Assembly (NCBI GenBank): GCA_965140415.1
Contig: OZ223209.1
Span: 3,904,001-3,968,000, forward strand
From: Myxococcota bacterium
Lineage (GTDB): Bacteria > Myxococcota_A > SURF-8
Direction of reading: 5' to 3'
Length of the DNA: 64,000 nucleotides
Part shown: in pieces, positions 26,701-34,834 of the stretch
Layout: every line of letters begins with the position of its first letter
Position numbering within the stretch: the stretch's first letter is position 1
Translations under genes and position numbers: made by a program
The notes under the pieces: model-generated
What the model was told of the DNA's origin: nothing
Seen by the model: only the letters and a program-made list of their open reading frames with translations
The model's database searches: none

Positions 26701-27636
26701 AGTAAGCTTCCAGCCAACCCGCGTAAGCGCAAGCAAAGCCGCGTCGGCTTCTTTATTACCGCCCACGAAACCTCCACCGCCGTTCAGACCCAACAAAAAC
26801 CCTTTCTCGCGGAATTGCAGTTTCTGGCGCAGAAAAACGGGCTGAAGCACCGACCCTTCTGCATCGTGGATGGCACATCGGAACTCGGATTCACGAAGCC
26901 GGACTTTCAGGATATCGATGTCTATTTCGGCTCCGTGCAGAAATTTCTGGGTTGTCCGGCTGGCCTGGGCGTAATGATCGTCTCGGATAGAGCCTTGCGC
27001 TACTCTATAGAACAGCAAAAAGCACAACAGAACATCAAGTGCATGCAGGGTTATCGCTGCTTCCCACAGTTGCAGCAGCAACGGGAACAGGGCTTTATAT
27101 CCAACCTGCGCGGCGTGCTCGAATTGGGTGTCGCACTGGCGGACTACCAGCAGCGCGGCGGCATTCGCACCCTGCAAAAGGAAACCCAGAAAAAACTCTC
27201 GATACTTATGGATGCCGTTTCGAATACGACTCACCTTGCGCCGGTTATTGTATCTCATAAAGATCGCTCGGGTGTGATGGCGCATCTTGTCGGCGTAGAT
27301 ATTGAAGTGAGCAGAATCGTAGAACGCCTTGCCGATCACGCGATCATCGGCAACGGCTATGGCCCTTACAAAGGAGAAACCCTGCGTTTGTACTGCTCTC
27401 CCAATCTTTCGTTGAAACAGGTGCACAGTACAACGCGCCTGCTGGACCGGGCGCTTTCGGAAATGGAGTCGGATGACGAGATTCTGACCGTCAAGCCGCC
27501 ACGCAAAAGCCGCAATCTGGACAAGGAATGGTTACGGGCGCAAGGACAGATCTCCGTGGACAGCCTTCGTTCCCTGCTGCCGGAACGGCTGCTGTGGAGA
27601 ATCAGGCGGGAATTGGGACGATTCAGCAGAAGCTAA
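23740..27636 (+). CDS. Fusion: FAD-linked oxidoreductase (VAO/PCMH, D-2-hydroxyacid dehydrogenase-like) + Lys-less SerC-like domain + class-V aminotransferase (SerC-like)
   Basis: PIGSLTS, QIGAVVAN, GQGGTAGILSEITL, YGH..DLH; then SHRS, IFFTES, ETP; then FNPGPSQ, IFFTGSAT, DGTS, SVQK, GYG..LR. Confidence 0.85.
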   Translation: MQGPFKRTINKASDLRAQKQSGKNSAQSTITEALHEAFVQAGFKPLDNRLMDDGGKEVQNECILRARSTSDVQRIVTIAHSMSFGVMPIGSLTSAIGAFETRSAARLHGLNGFVGIQIQPSGQLEPQNAPPSEFERLIPSDPDLRENMEVFRSVNSEASHQVRVWAGLTPGRINEALIDLLGPGHSVYLDLTTFNQAQIGAVVANGSEGPVRANARFNLVSATLVDGAGQLHQLTHEQAKAQVGQGGTAGILSEITLEVIFEGSNEFGFFMPLPGRIGKEYTGMVNHLPHVMATLDPFSQAHFIQDSKGKKLVAKRGPILLKGFEIITRSELRSTYGSLREDSEERGRIGSLLENMRDSHCHVGLMINCTTDITEEEMLTYLEALYEDRQDADNLFCVIRNLQREQEVYQSKEGLYETEEDIVYFRPSEIKALKRMREAIPEMTRASKLRGFTSSTDVNCRLTSESEQERERAYKAIMETYWMYINDLRDRDFRVYIYGHLHPGDREQATGGGIDLHVRGSYFLEGEDEDRQKRAPEAWVYLKDRKKQLLNELHGLHGQFGICIEAGEKRISSDYARWLSNIEPEAAEAFYRTNELYGAPTLAARSPIKLHAHPPRIKEGILNLFAPDPNIDERASLLIRLQQSILLWCQHSHRSPESARVIAETHGLLRDWLALDSEARIFFTESPEKALHTSLMGLVNFRKDGTFVDLRTQRWEELTYETKQHCQVVICDSPAQLVNPDFKDCHTILISENAEPICKADLDRASIAILSAQAIGAGAELGIIVTSRNVIQHARMIALRNNPGYAHALVELDDRPHETIETPRLPVIAELGCLLAEKLGQSCNLSHEQATEMLEWQNKLITFNPGPSQINRKIVEKAVALHKQTLLLHSDTEARIKAIAGVERQLRDYFSIPNNHHIFFTGSATQAMEQIVESLPLDYAVVGVKGAFGERMATVARRYGQGIMKSVHLRWGEGENSQVKSIASEMFSKLPANPRKRKQSRVGFFITAHETSTAVQTQQKPFLAELQFLAQKNGLKHRPFCIVDGTSELGFTKPDFQDIDVYFGSVQKFLGCPAGLGVMIVSDRALRYSIEQQKAQQNIKCMQGYRCFPQLQQQREQGFISNLRGVLELGVALADYQQRGGIRTLQKETQKKLSILMDAVSNTTHLAPVIVSHKDRSGVMAHLVGVDIEVSRIVERLADHAIIGNGYGPYKGETLRLYCSPNLSLKQVHSTTRLLDRALSEMESDDEILTVKPPRKSRNLDKEWLRAQGQISVDSLRSLLPERLLWRIRRELGRFSRS

Positions 27637-27797
27637 TCTTGACCTGGAAAAAACAATCTTACAGAGGACATTGACAAGCGATCCAATGCCGGTAAACATA
27701 GCGGCTGCGCAAACAAACTACTTTGTTATTATCGATTGAACCGTAACACACCAGCCGTATACACGGCTTTCAGTTCGTTCATGGAAAGGATGTACCG

Positions 27798-30700
27798 TTG
27801 AAACCGAAAACCTTCGAACAAGTTGCAGAAGAAATAAAAGGCAAGCCCATTCTGGTGGCGAACCGAGGCATTCCCGCCCGGCGTGTGCTGCGCTCCATCC
27901 GCGAGGTCTTCAAAGCGATACCCGTTATGACCGCCACGGATGTCGACCGCACTTCTCCAGCCACCAGCGGCGCACAGGAACTGATCCTGCTCGGCGAAAA
28001 TTCCCGCGCCTACCTCGATCTGGACCGGATCATCAAAAAGGCCAAGGACAAGGGGGTCATCGGCATCCATCCCGGCTGGGGATTTGCTGCGGAAGACGAC
28101 ACCTTCCCGGAAAAATGCGAAAAAGCGGGCATCGTCTTTATCGGCTCGGACGCCCGAACCATGCGCTTGTTAGGCAACAAGGTTTTGGTGCGCGGTATCG
28201 CCCGAGACTTGGGCATTCCGGTCGTTCCCGGTTCCGAAGGAGCCGTTACGATTGCAGAAGCCCGCAAAGAAGCCAGGAAAATCGGCTTCCCCATTTTATT
28301 GAAGGCGGAAGCGGGCGGCGGTGGTCGCGGCATTTACGAAGTCTACGACCAATCCCAGTTGGAAGAAGCATTCGCCAAAGCCTCTACCATGGCACAGGCC
28401 TCCTTCGGCAATCCCCGCTTGTTCGTTGAGAAATTGCTTACAAATATCCGGCACATCGAAATCCAGGTGGTGGCGGACCGCTTCGGCCATGTCATCGCTT
28501 TGGACGAACGTGACTGCACGGTGCAGCGCAACCATCAGAAGTTGATCGAAATCACGCCATCGCCTTGGCCCGTCATGACGGAAAGTCTGCGTAAAAAGTT
28601 GAAGCGCTGGGCCGAGAAGCTTATCAAGTCCGTGGGGTATCACTCGCTGGCGACTGTTGAATATCTGGTAGACCAACATGGCGAACCGTATCTGATCGAA
28701 GTGAACACCCGCCTGCAAGTAGAGCATGGCATTACGGAATGCCGCTACGGCATCGATCTGGCGGAAGAACAGATCGCCATCGCCTTCGGGGCGCGGCTTA
28801 GACTGACTCGGGACACCTGCCCGATGAACCACGCGTTGCAAGTGCGTATCAACTGCGAAGATCCGCAAAATGGCTTCAGCCCGAATGCTGGCGTCATCAC
28901 CCGTTATATTTCGCCCGGCGGCCAGGGCGTGCGCATCGATTCCTGCGTTACGGCAGGCTATGAATTCCCCAGCGACTACGACTCAGCAGCATCTCTGCTG
29001 ATCGCTTATGGCGCGAGTTGGAACAAGGTGCTGGGCATTATGGATCGCGCATTGGGCGAATACATCATTCGCGGCGTAAAAACCACGATTCCTTTCCACA
29101 AGATGATCATCGCCAATCCGCAGTTTCGCTCGGGCCAGTACAGCACCTCTTTCCTGTCAGAATCGCCGGAATTGATGAATTACGTCGATCCGATACCAGC
29201 ACCACTGCGCAGTTCTCGTTTAGTCGCGGAGATTTCCGCCAAGGGCTACAATCCCCATCTACAACTGGGAGAGTATCGCGGCGTTCAGGACAAACGCGTG
29301 GGACGCTTTTCGCCAATCCTGCCGGAAATCGATATCAAGCAGGAGCCTTCTCCCTACCCTCGCTGGGATCGCAAAGGCTTGCTCGATGTGCTGCGGGATT
29401 CCGACTACGTTCACTTTACCGACACCACAACTCGCGACATCACCCAGTCCAACAGCGGCAATCGCTTTCGACTGGCCGAGGATCGCCTGATCGGTCCTTA
29501 CCTGGACAATTGCTCGTTCATGTCGTTGGAAAACGGCGGCGGAGCGCATTTCCACGTCGCCATGCTGGCGAACATGACCTATCCTTTTTCCGAAGCCGAG
29601 GAATGGAACCGCTTCGCGCCGCAAACACCCAAGCAAATTCTGATCCGTTCCACCAACGTGCTGGGATATCGACCGCAACCCCCGAATCTCATGGATAAAA
29701 CCGGGGAAATGATCTGTGAACAGTACGACATCGTACGCTGCTTCGACTTTCTGAACCACGTCGAAAATATGGAGTCGTTTGCCCGGGTTGTGATGAATTC
29801 CCCCCGCAATACCTTCGAGCCTGCAATTTCCCTGTCGTATTCGGAGGCGTTTACGGTGCGCCATTACGTCAAGGTCGCCACGGAAATCGTGACGATGTGC
29901 GCTAAAGCCGCCGGGGTCGGTCCGAAAAAGACGTCGCGCATGATTATCCTGGGGTTGAAGGATATGGCGGGCGTCTGCCCTCCGCGCTTCATCGGAGAAC
30001 TGGTTTCCGAACTGCGCAAAAAGTTCCCGGATCTGGTGCTGCACTATCACCGCCATTACACCGACGGCCTGTTCGTTCCCGCCTACGGAGCCGCCGCCAA
30101 ATCCGGAGCCAAGATTCTGGACACCGGAATCGGCGCCGCCGTGCGCTGGTACGGCCAGGGCGAGGTGCTTTCCACCGCCGCCTATTTGGAAGGCGAACTC
30201 GGTCTGAAAACGAAACTGAACACGGAAATGATCCGTACCACCGGTTTCGTGCTGAAGCAGATCATGCCTTATTACGACCGCTACACCGCCCCTTATTTCC
30301 AGGGCATCGATTACGACGTCGTCGAGCACGGCATGCCGGGAGGAGCCACCTCGTCTTCACAGGAAGGCGCGCTCAAGCAGGGATACATTCACCTGCTGCC
30401 GCACATGTTGAAGTTTCTTGCAGGTACACGACGCATCGTGAAGTACCATGATGTGACACCCGGCTCGCAGATCACCTGGAACACCGCATTTCTGGCTGTA
30501 ACCGGCGCCTACAAGCGCGGAGGAGAAAAGGCGGTGAACGATCTCTTAAACGTGCTGCAAACCGTAGTGGAAACTCCCGAGAAGAAACTGTCTTCGGAAA
30601 TCAAGCGAGCGCGGCTGAAACTCTATGCAGACTGTAACGACGCCTTCCGCGATCTTCTGCTGGGTAAATTCGGCAAACTGCCGCTCGGCTTTCCCAAAGA

Positions 30701-31493
30701 CTGGGTATATGAAAGCGCCTTCGGCAAGAAGTATCGCGAGGCGCTGGCCCAACGTACCGAAATCTCTCCCTTGCAGCAACTGACCGATATCGACCTGGAA
30801 AAGGAACGGCAGGCGCTGCAAAGCGCCATCAAGCGTGAACCCAGCGAAGAAGAATTCGTGATGTACCTCAACCATCCCGGTGATGCGCTGAAAACCATTT
30901 CCTTTAAGAGTGACTACGGCGATCCCAACCAATTGCCATTGGATGTCTGGTTCGAAGGAATCGAAATAGGAGAAACGCTGGTCTTCCGGGACAACTTCGA
31001 CAAGCCGCACGAGATGGTCATTCTGGACTTTCAGGAACCAGATGAACGCGGCATGAGTATCGTGCGTTATACCCTGGATTCGGAATTCTTTTCGTACCAG
31101 GTTCGTGTTGCGGAGCCGACCGGCGCAGCGAGTGCAACCGCACTTGAATTGGCCGATCCAGATAATCCCTATCACATCGGCGCACCCAGCAACGGCGATC
31201 TGTGGGTGATGCACGTCCGACCGGGAGATCGAGTCAAGCAGAACGAGGAAATCTGCAACATCTCGATTATGAAACAGGAAAAGGCGATACTCGCCCCGAT
31301 GGACGGCACCGTCAAGCGCGTATTGAAAACCGCCGATTACACCAAAGATCGCAAGATGGTTGGCGTTAAAGCCGGAGAATTGCTTGTGGAATTGGGAGAG
31401 CCGGTGGATGCTTGCCCGACCTGCCGGGCGGAAATCGTCGCCAGCGATTTCCAGTTCTGCCCACATTGCGGCCAAAAACTGGCAAAAGCTTGA
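27798..31493 (+). CDS. pyc: Pyruvate carboxylase (single chain, with C-terminal zinc ribbon)
   Basis: ANRG, HPGWGFAAE, GGGGRG, RLQVEH; carboxyltransferase RD..QS, KDMAG, HxH, MPGG; biotinyl IMKQE; CPTC...CPHC. Confidence 0.92.
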   Translation: MKPKTFEQVAEEIKGKPILVANRGIPARRVLRSIREVFKAIPVMTATDVDRTSPATSGAQELILLGENSRAYLDLDRIIKKAKDKGVIGIHPGWGFAAEDDTFPEKCEKAGIVFIGSDARTMRLLGNKVLVRGIARDLGIPVVPGSEGAVTIAEARKEARKIGFPILLKAEAGGGGRGIYEVYDQSQLEEAFAKASTMAQASFGNPRLFVEKLLTNIRHIEIQVVADRFGHVIALDERDCTVQRNHQKLIEITPSPWPVMTESLRKKLKRWAEKLIKSVGYHSLATVEYLVDQHGEPYLIEVNTRLQVEHGITECRYGIDLAEEQIAIAFGARLRLTRDTCPMNHALQVRINCEDPQNGFSPNAGVITRYISPGGQGVRIDSCVTAGYEFPSDYDSAASLLIAYGASWNKVLGIMDRALGEYIIRGVKTTIPFHKMIIANPQFRSGQYSTSFLSESPELMNYVDPIPAPLRSSRLVAEISAKGYNPHLQLGEYRGVQDKRVGRFSPILPEIDIKQEPSPYPRWDRKGLLDVLRDSDYVHFTDTTTRDITQSNSGNRFRLAEDRLIGPYLDNCSFMSLENGGGAHFHVAMLANMTYPFSEAEEWNRFAPQTPKQILIRSTNVLGYRPQPPNLMDKTGEMICEQYDIVRCFDFLNHVENMESFARVVMNSPRNTFEPAISLSYSEAFTVRHYVKVATEIVTMCAKAAGVGPKKTSRMIILGLKDMAGVCPPRFIGELVSELRKKFPDLVLHYHRHYTDGLFVPAYGAAAKSGAKILDTGIGAAVRWYGQGEVLSTAAYLEGELGLKTKLNTEMIRTTGFVLKQIMPYYDRYTAPYFQGIDYDVVEHGMPGGATSSSQEGALKQGYIHLLPHMLKFLAGTRRIVKYHDVTPGSQITWNTAFLAVTGAYKRGGEKAVNDLLNVLQTVVETPEKKLSSEIKRARLKLYADCNDAFRDLLLGKFGKLPLGFPKDWVYESAFGKKYREALAQRTEISPLQQLTDIDLEKERQALQSAIKREPSEEEFVMYLNHPGDALKTISFKSDYGDPNQLPLDVWFEGIEIGETLVFRDNFDKPHEMVILDFQEPDERGMSIVRYTLDSEFFSYQVRVAEPTGAASATALELADPDNPYHIGAPSNGDLWVMHVRPGDRVKQNEEICNISIMKQEKAILAPMDGTVKRVLKTADYTKDRKMVGVKAGELLVELGEPVDACPTCRAEIVASDFQFCPHCGQKLAKA

Positions 31494-31706
31494 TCAAATC
31501 GAAGATCCATGTTTTCGGAATGTACTCGATTCGTCTATTCGCCCAGGCATCCAGCCAAAGCGAATAGGCGGATCGAAGGTTTCCACTCCGGCAAAACTCT
31601 GCTATAATCAGAACGTTAATTCAGGTTTGGGGAATAGGGACACGAAGTTATAACCTCTATCCTTTGGGCCGCGATGCATCGTGCACAAGACACAGGAGGA
31701 CTTCCC

Positions 31707-32420
31707 ATGAAGAAAGCCGGACTCATTCTACTTATTTCCCTGCTGTTGCTCCCCTTCGGTCAGCTTTCCACTTCTTCTTCCAATTCCGGTGTTGAACTGA
31801 TTCCCAGCGCCCAGGCGGAAGAAGACGGCGGCTGGTCGATGTCCGGGTTTACCCTGGCCCCCAAAGTCGGCTATGGTTTCTTCCCGAAGCATCAAAAAGC
31901 CATGGATGGCGACTTGGGGCAGCGCCATGCAGTAATTGCCGGCTTGAGCCTGGACCTTGGTGGCGATGGTTTCAACTTTGAGATCATGCCCTTATACACA
32001 TATGAAGAAGTGGATGATGTTTTTATTGAAACCATTCACATGGTTGGAGCCAATGTCAACTTCGCCTATCGCTGGACGCCGTCGCAATACGCGGTTCCAA
32101 GCCTGGGATTCGGCCTGCGCGCCGGGTACGACTTCGGTTCGGGCTTTAAAGACGGCTTCGAAATTTACGGTCGCATTCCGATCGGATTCACCACTTATGT
32201 TATCAACCATTTCGGCATTCACTTCGAACTCGGTATCGGTTACGGTATCACCGGCATTATCACAAAGGACATCACGCTTACCGATCTGGTCGCAAACGAA
32301 GTATGCAAAGAGGTCAATACCCAAACTCAGGGTCTTGCCGATTGCCAGGAACAAGATAGCGGTTTGAGAATCTCCCATGGATTCCTGATCGATCTCTCGG
32401 TTGGCTTCCGCTTCCCCTGA
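31707..32420 (+). CDS. Probable outer-membrane beta-barrel protein
   Basis: Signal peptide, alternating Gly/aromatic strands, C-terminal VGFRFP; ATG at 31707 after AGGAGG. Confidence 0.65.
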   Translation: MKKAGLILLISLLLLPFGQLSTSSSNSGVELIPSAQAEEDGGWSMSGFTLAPKVGYGFFPKHQKAMDGDLGQRHAVIAGLSLDLGGDGFNFEIMPLYTYEEVDDVFIETIHMVGANVNFAYRWTPSQYAVPSLGFGLRAGYDFGSGFKDGFEIYGRIPIGFTTYVINHFGIHFELGIGYGITGIITKDITLTDLVANEVCKEVNTQTQGLADCQEQDSGLRISHGFLIDLSVGFRFP

Positions 32421-32543
32421 TAGAAGCTCCGATTCAGGCAATGACAACACAAGGTTCGCACCAGCAGTGCGAACGCAGACTGCTGACGCCTACAACCGCC
32501 CTGTCAAATACATGCAGGCTGATCACACATAAAGGCCAAGAGA

Positions 32544-33140
32544 ATGAAAGAGTTCTGGAACGAACGCTATAGCGGGAATGACTATGCCTACGGAGAAAGT
32601 CCGAACCGTTTTTTCGAACGGGAACTTCCCCGATTTTCTCCCGGTCATGTGCTTTTACCCGGTGAAGGCGAAGGACGTAACGCCGTCTGGGCCGCTCGAC
32701 AGGGCTGGCAGGTATCCGCCCTAGATTACAGCGAAGAAGCCAGAAAGAAAGCGCTGGCTTTAGGCAAAAAGTACAACGTCGCAATTGACTACTCGGTTAC
32801 GGATCTACTAACCACCTCCCTGCCTGAGAATCACTACGATCTAATCGTTCTGATTTTCCTGCATCTTCCCAAAACCTTTCGTTCTGCTTTCCACGAGAAA
32901 GTGATCCGTGCCCTTAAACCGGGTGGACATTTGCTGGCCGAATTGTTTTCCACGGAGCAATTGAAGTACGGCACCGGCGGCCCTCAGAAAGAGGAAATGC
33001 TGGTAACAATGGATGAATTGCAGCGCGATTTCAGCTCGCTTCAGATTTTGCAGTTGGAGCAAACGGAAACGGAATTGAACGAAGGCGCGTACCATAAGGG
33101 ACAGGCAAACGTGATTCGTTTGATCGCTCAGAAGCCCTAG
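32544..33140 (+). CDS. Class I SAM-dependent methyltransferase (TehB-like)
   Basis: FWNERY, GEGEGRNA, LKPGG. Confidence 0.9.
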   Translation: MKEFWNERYSGNDYAYGESPNRFFERELPRFSPGHVLLPGEGEGRNAVWAARQGWQVSALDYSEEARKKALALGKKYNVAIDYSVTDLLTTSLPENHYDLIVLIFLHLPKTFRSAFHEKVIRALKPGGHLLAELFSTEQLKYGTGGPQKEEMLVTMDELQRDFSSLQILQLEQTETELNEGAYHKGQANVIRLIAQKP

Positions 33141-33277
33141 AAACAATAACCACCGCTTGCAACTCAACCCCTTTGATTCACACAAGATACTGGAATTTCT
33201 TGCGTCAAGGCAATGGAATCGCTATGCTTCATTCGATTGTAGTAGCTGATTTCACAACTCTTTCACAGGAAATCGTC

Positions 33278-34636
33278 ATGAATTCTCGAGCCTTCTTCGT
33301 TCTGCTGGTTCTGCTCGCCTTTTCTTTCACGGCCTGCTCGGACGATTCAGAACAATCTCCACCTTCCGACACCGACATGGAGTACGAACTTGATGGAGAC
33401 AGTGAAGCTGAACAAACCACAGATGGTGACAGCATCACCGACGGCGATATGGAAACGGATGTAGAACAAGCACCGGACGGAGACACGATCGTCGATGGCG
33501 ATCTGATCATCGATGGGGATGGCTGCATCGATGGTGACCTGTTCCCCGATGGAGATGCAGAGGGTGATGAAGAAGTACCTGTTGATGGCGACATCGAAGA
33601 AGAAGTGGAAGTAGATGGAGATTCTCCCATTGATGGGGATGTTATTATCGACGGCGACACAATCGTGGATGGCGACAGTGTTATTGATGGTGACCTCCCT
33701 GTAGACGGAGACAGCGTTATTGATGGCGACACGACCCTGGATGGCGACATTCCCGTAGATGGAGATCAGGGCATCGATGGCGATATCGATGGTGACATTG
33801 ATGAAGACATAGAAGAAGAAGTCCTGAGTTGCGATCTGGTTGAGGGATTGAACAGCGACTTTATTGTCGATGGAGAAGCACGTAGTTTTTATTTGGCGCT
33901 ACCCGAAGGCGAAGGACCGCATCCGGTGATCTTCAACTGGCATGGCTACACCGACACCGCCGCCAACATGCACGTGTTTTTAAGCCCGTACATCAACAGC
34001 GAAACCTATTCCTTCATTCTCGTCACTCCCGAAGATACCAGCATGGAGCCTTTGAGCGGTCTGGATTGGGAGATTTTAACGACGACCACCGCCAATAAAG
34101 AAGCGGCGCTGTTCGATGCCATTATGGAATGCCTGGACAGTGAGTATCTGGTGGATTGGGACCGGTTGCATTCCGTGGGAGTTTCGGCTGGCGGCATCAT
34201 GACCGATCTGCTGGGCACTTTGCGGGGCGATGTTCTGGCTTCGGTCATTTCCTTTTCCGGCGGTTATCTTGGAAATCCCGCCAACGCCAATCAAACAATG
34301 AATATGGTCGCCTGGCCCGACTTTACCGGCAGTCATCCCTACGCCCAGCTTTTCACGCATGGCGGAGTGACAGATACCTTCGATTTGTCCGTAGTCACGA
34401 TCCACTTCGACCAGATGGCCGAAAACGACGTCATCTATCTCAACGATCGCGGCCACGATGCCATTATTTGCGACCATGGAATTGGCCACGATGTACCGGA
34501 AGCGCTGCGCGGCACCACCGTTCTGGAATTTTTGCGCGACCATCCCTACAACGTTACCGATAGTCCTTATGTCGAGGGACTCCCGGAGAGCTTCCCGGAC
34601 TACTGTGAATTCAGCGAAAAAACTACCGAACGTTGA
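33278..34636 (+). CDS. Lipoprotein: DGD-repeat stalk + alpha/beta-hydrolase (PHB depolymerase/LpqC-like esterase)
   Basis: Lipobox FTAC, 20 DGD units, FNWHG, GVSAG, HGG.TD, GH; ATG at 33278. Confidence 0.85.
   Translation: MNSRAFFVLLVLLAFSFTACSDDSEQSPPSDTDMEYELDGDSEAEQTTDGDSITDGDMETDVEQAPDGDTIVDGDLIIDGDGCIDGDLFPDGDAEGDEEVPVDGDIEEEVEVDGDSPIDGDVIIDGDTIVDGDSVIDGDLPVDGDSVIDGDTTLDGDIPVDGDQGIDGDIDGDIDEDIEEEVLSCDLVEGLNSDFIVDGEARSFYLALPEGEGPHPVIFNWHGYTDTAANMHVFLSPYINSETYSFILVTPEDTSMEPLSGLDWEILTTTTANKEAALFDAIMECLDSEYLVDWDRLHSVGVSAGGIMTDLLGTLRGDVLASVISFSGGYLGNPANANQTMNMVAWPDFTGSHPYAQLFTHGGVTDTFDLSVVTIHFDQMAENDVIYLNDRGHDAIICDHGIGHDVPEALRGTTVLEFLRDHPYNVTDSPYVEGLPESFPDYCEFSEKTTER
33392..33796 (+). repeat. 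Coding repeat, 20 DGD units, mostly 6-aa period
   Basis: For example SPIDGD VIIDGD TIVDGD SVIDGD LPVDGD. Confidence 0.9.
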
Positions 34637-34834
34637 GTCGTCTACTAACGAAATAATGCTGCACCAGCCGACTCATTCTCAGGGTCGGATAACGACTTGG
34701 CATTGCATGCAATTCGCCGATGTGCTTGTAAATCTTTGTGCATTGCGTTATGAAATCCTTGACGCATCTCCCTGCAAACGCTAGACTATTTCAATTGAAA
34801 GCGTACCGCCACGCCCATTCAACATGGAGATATC

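Noticed and set aside
27671-27700. TTGACA upstream of pyc as a promoter
   Set aside because: Perfect -35 but no convincing -10 at 16-18 nt spacing, so it was not called.
26395-31475. Long antisense ORFs (26395-27426, 29259-30329, 30546-31475; likewise 9604-10572)
   Set aside because: They lie fully opposite well-supported genes and have no recognisable motifs, as expected from codon bias.
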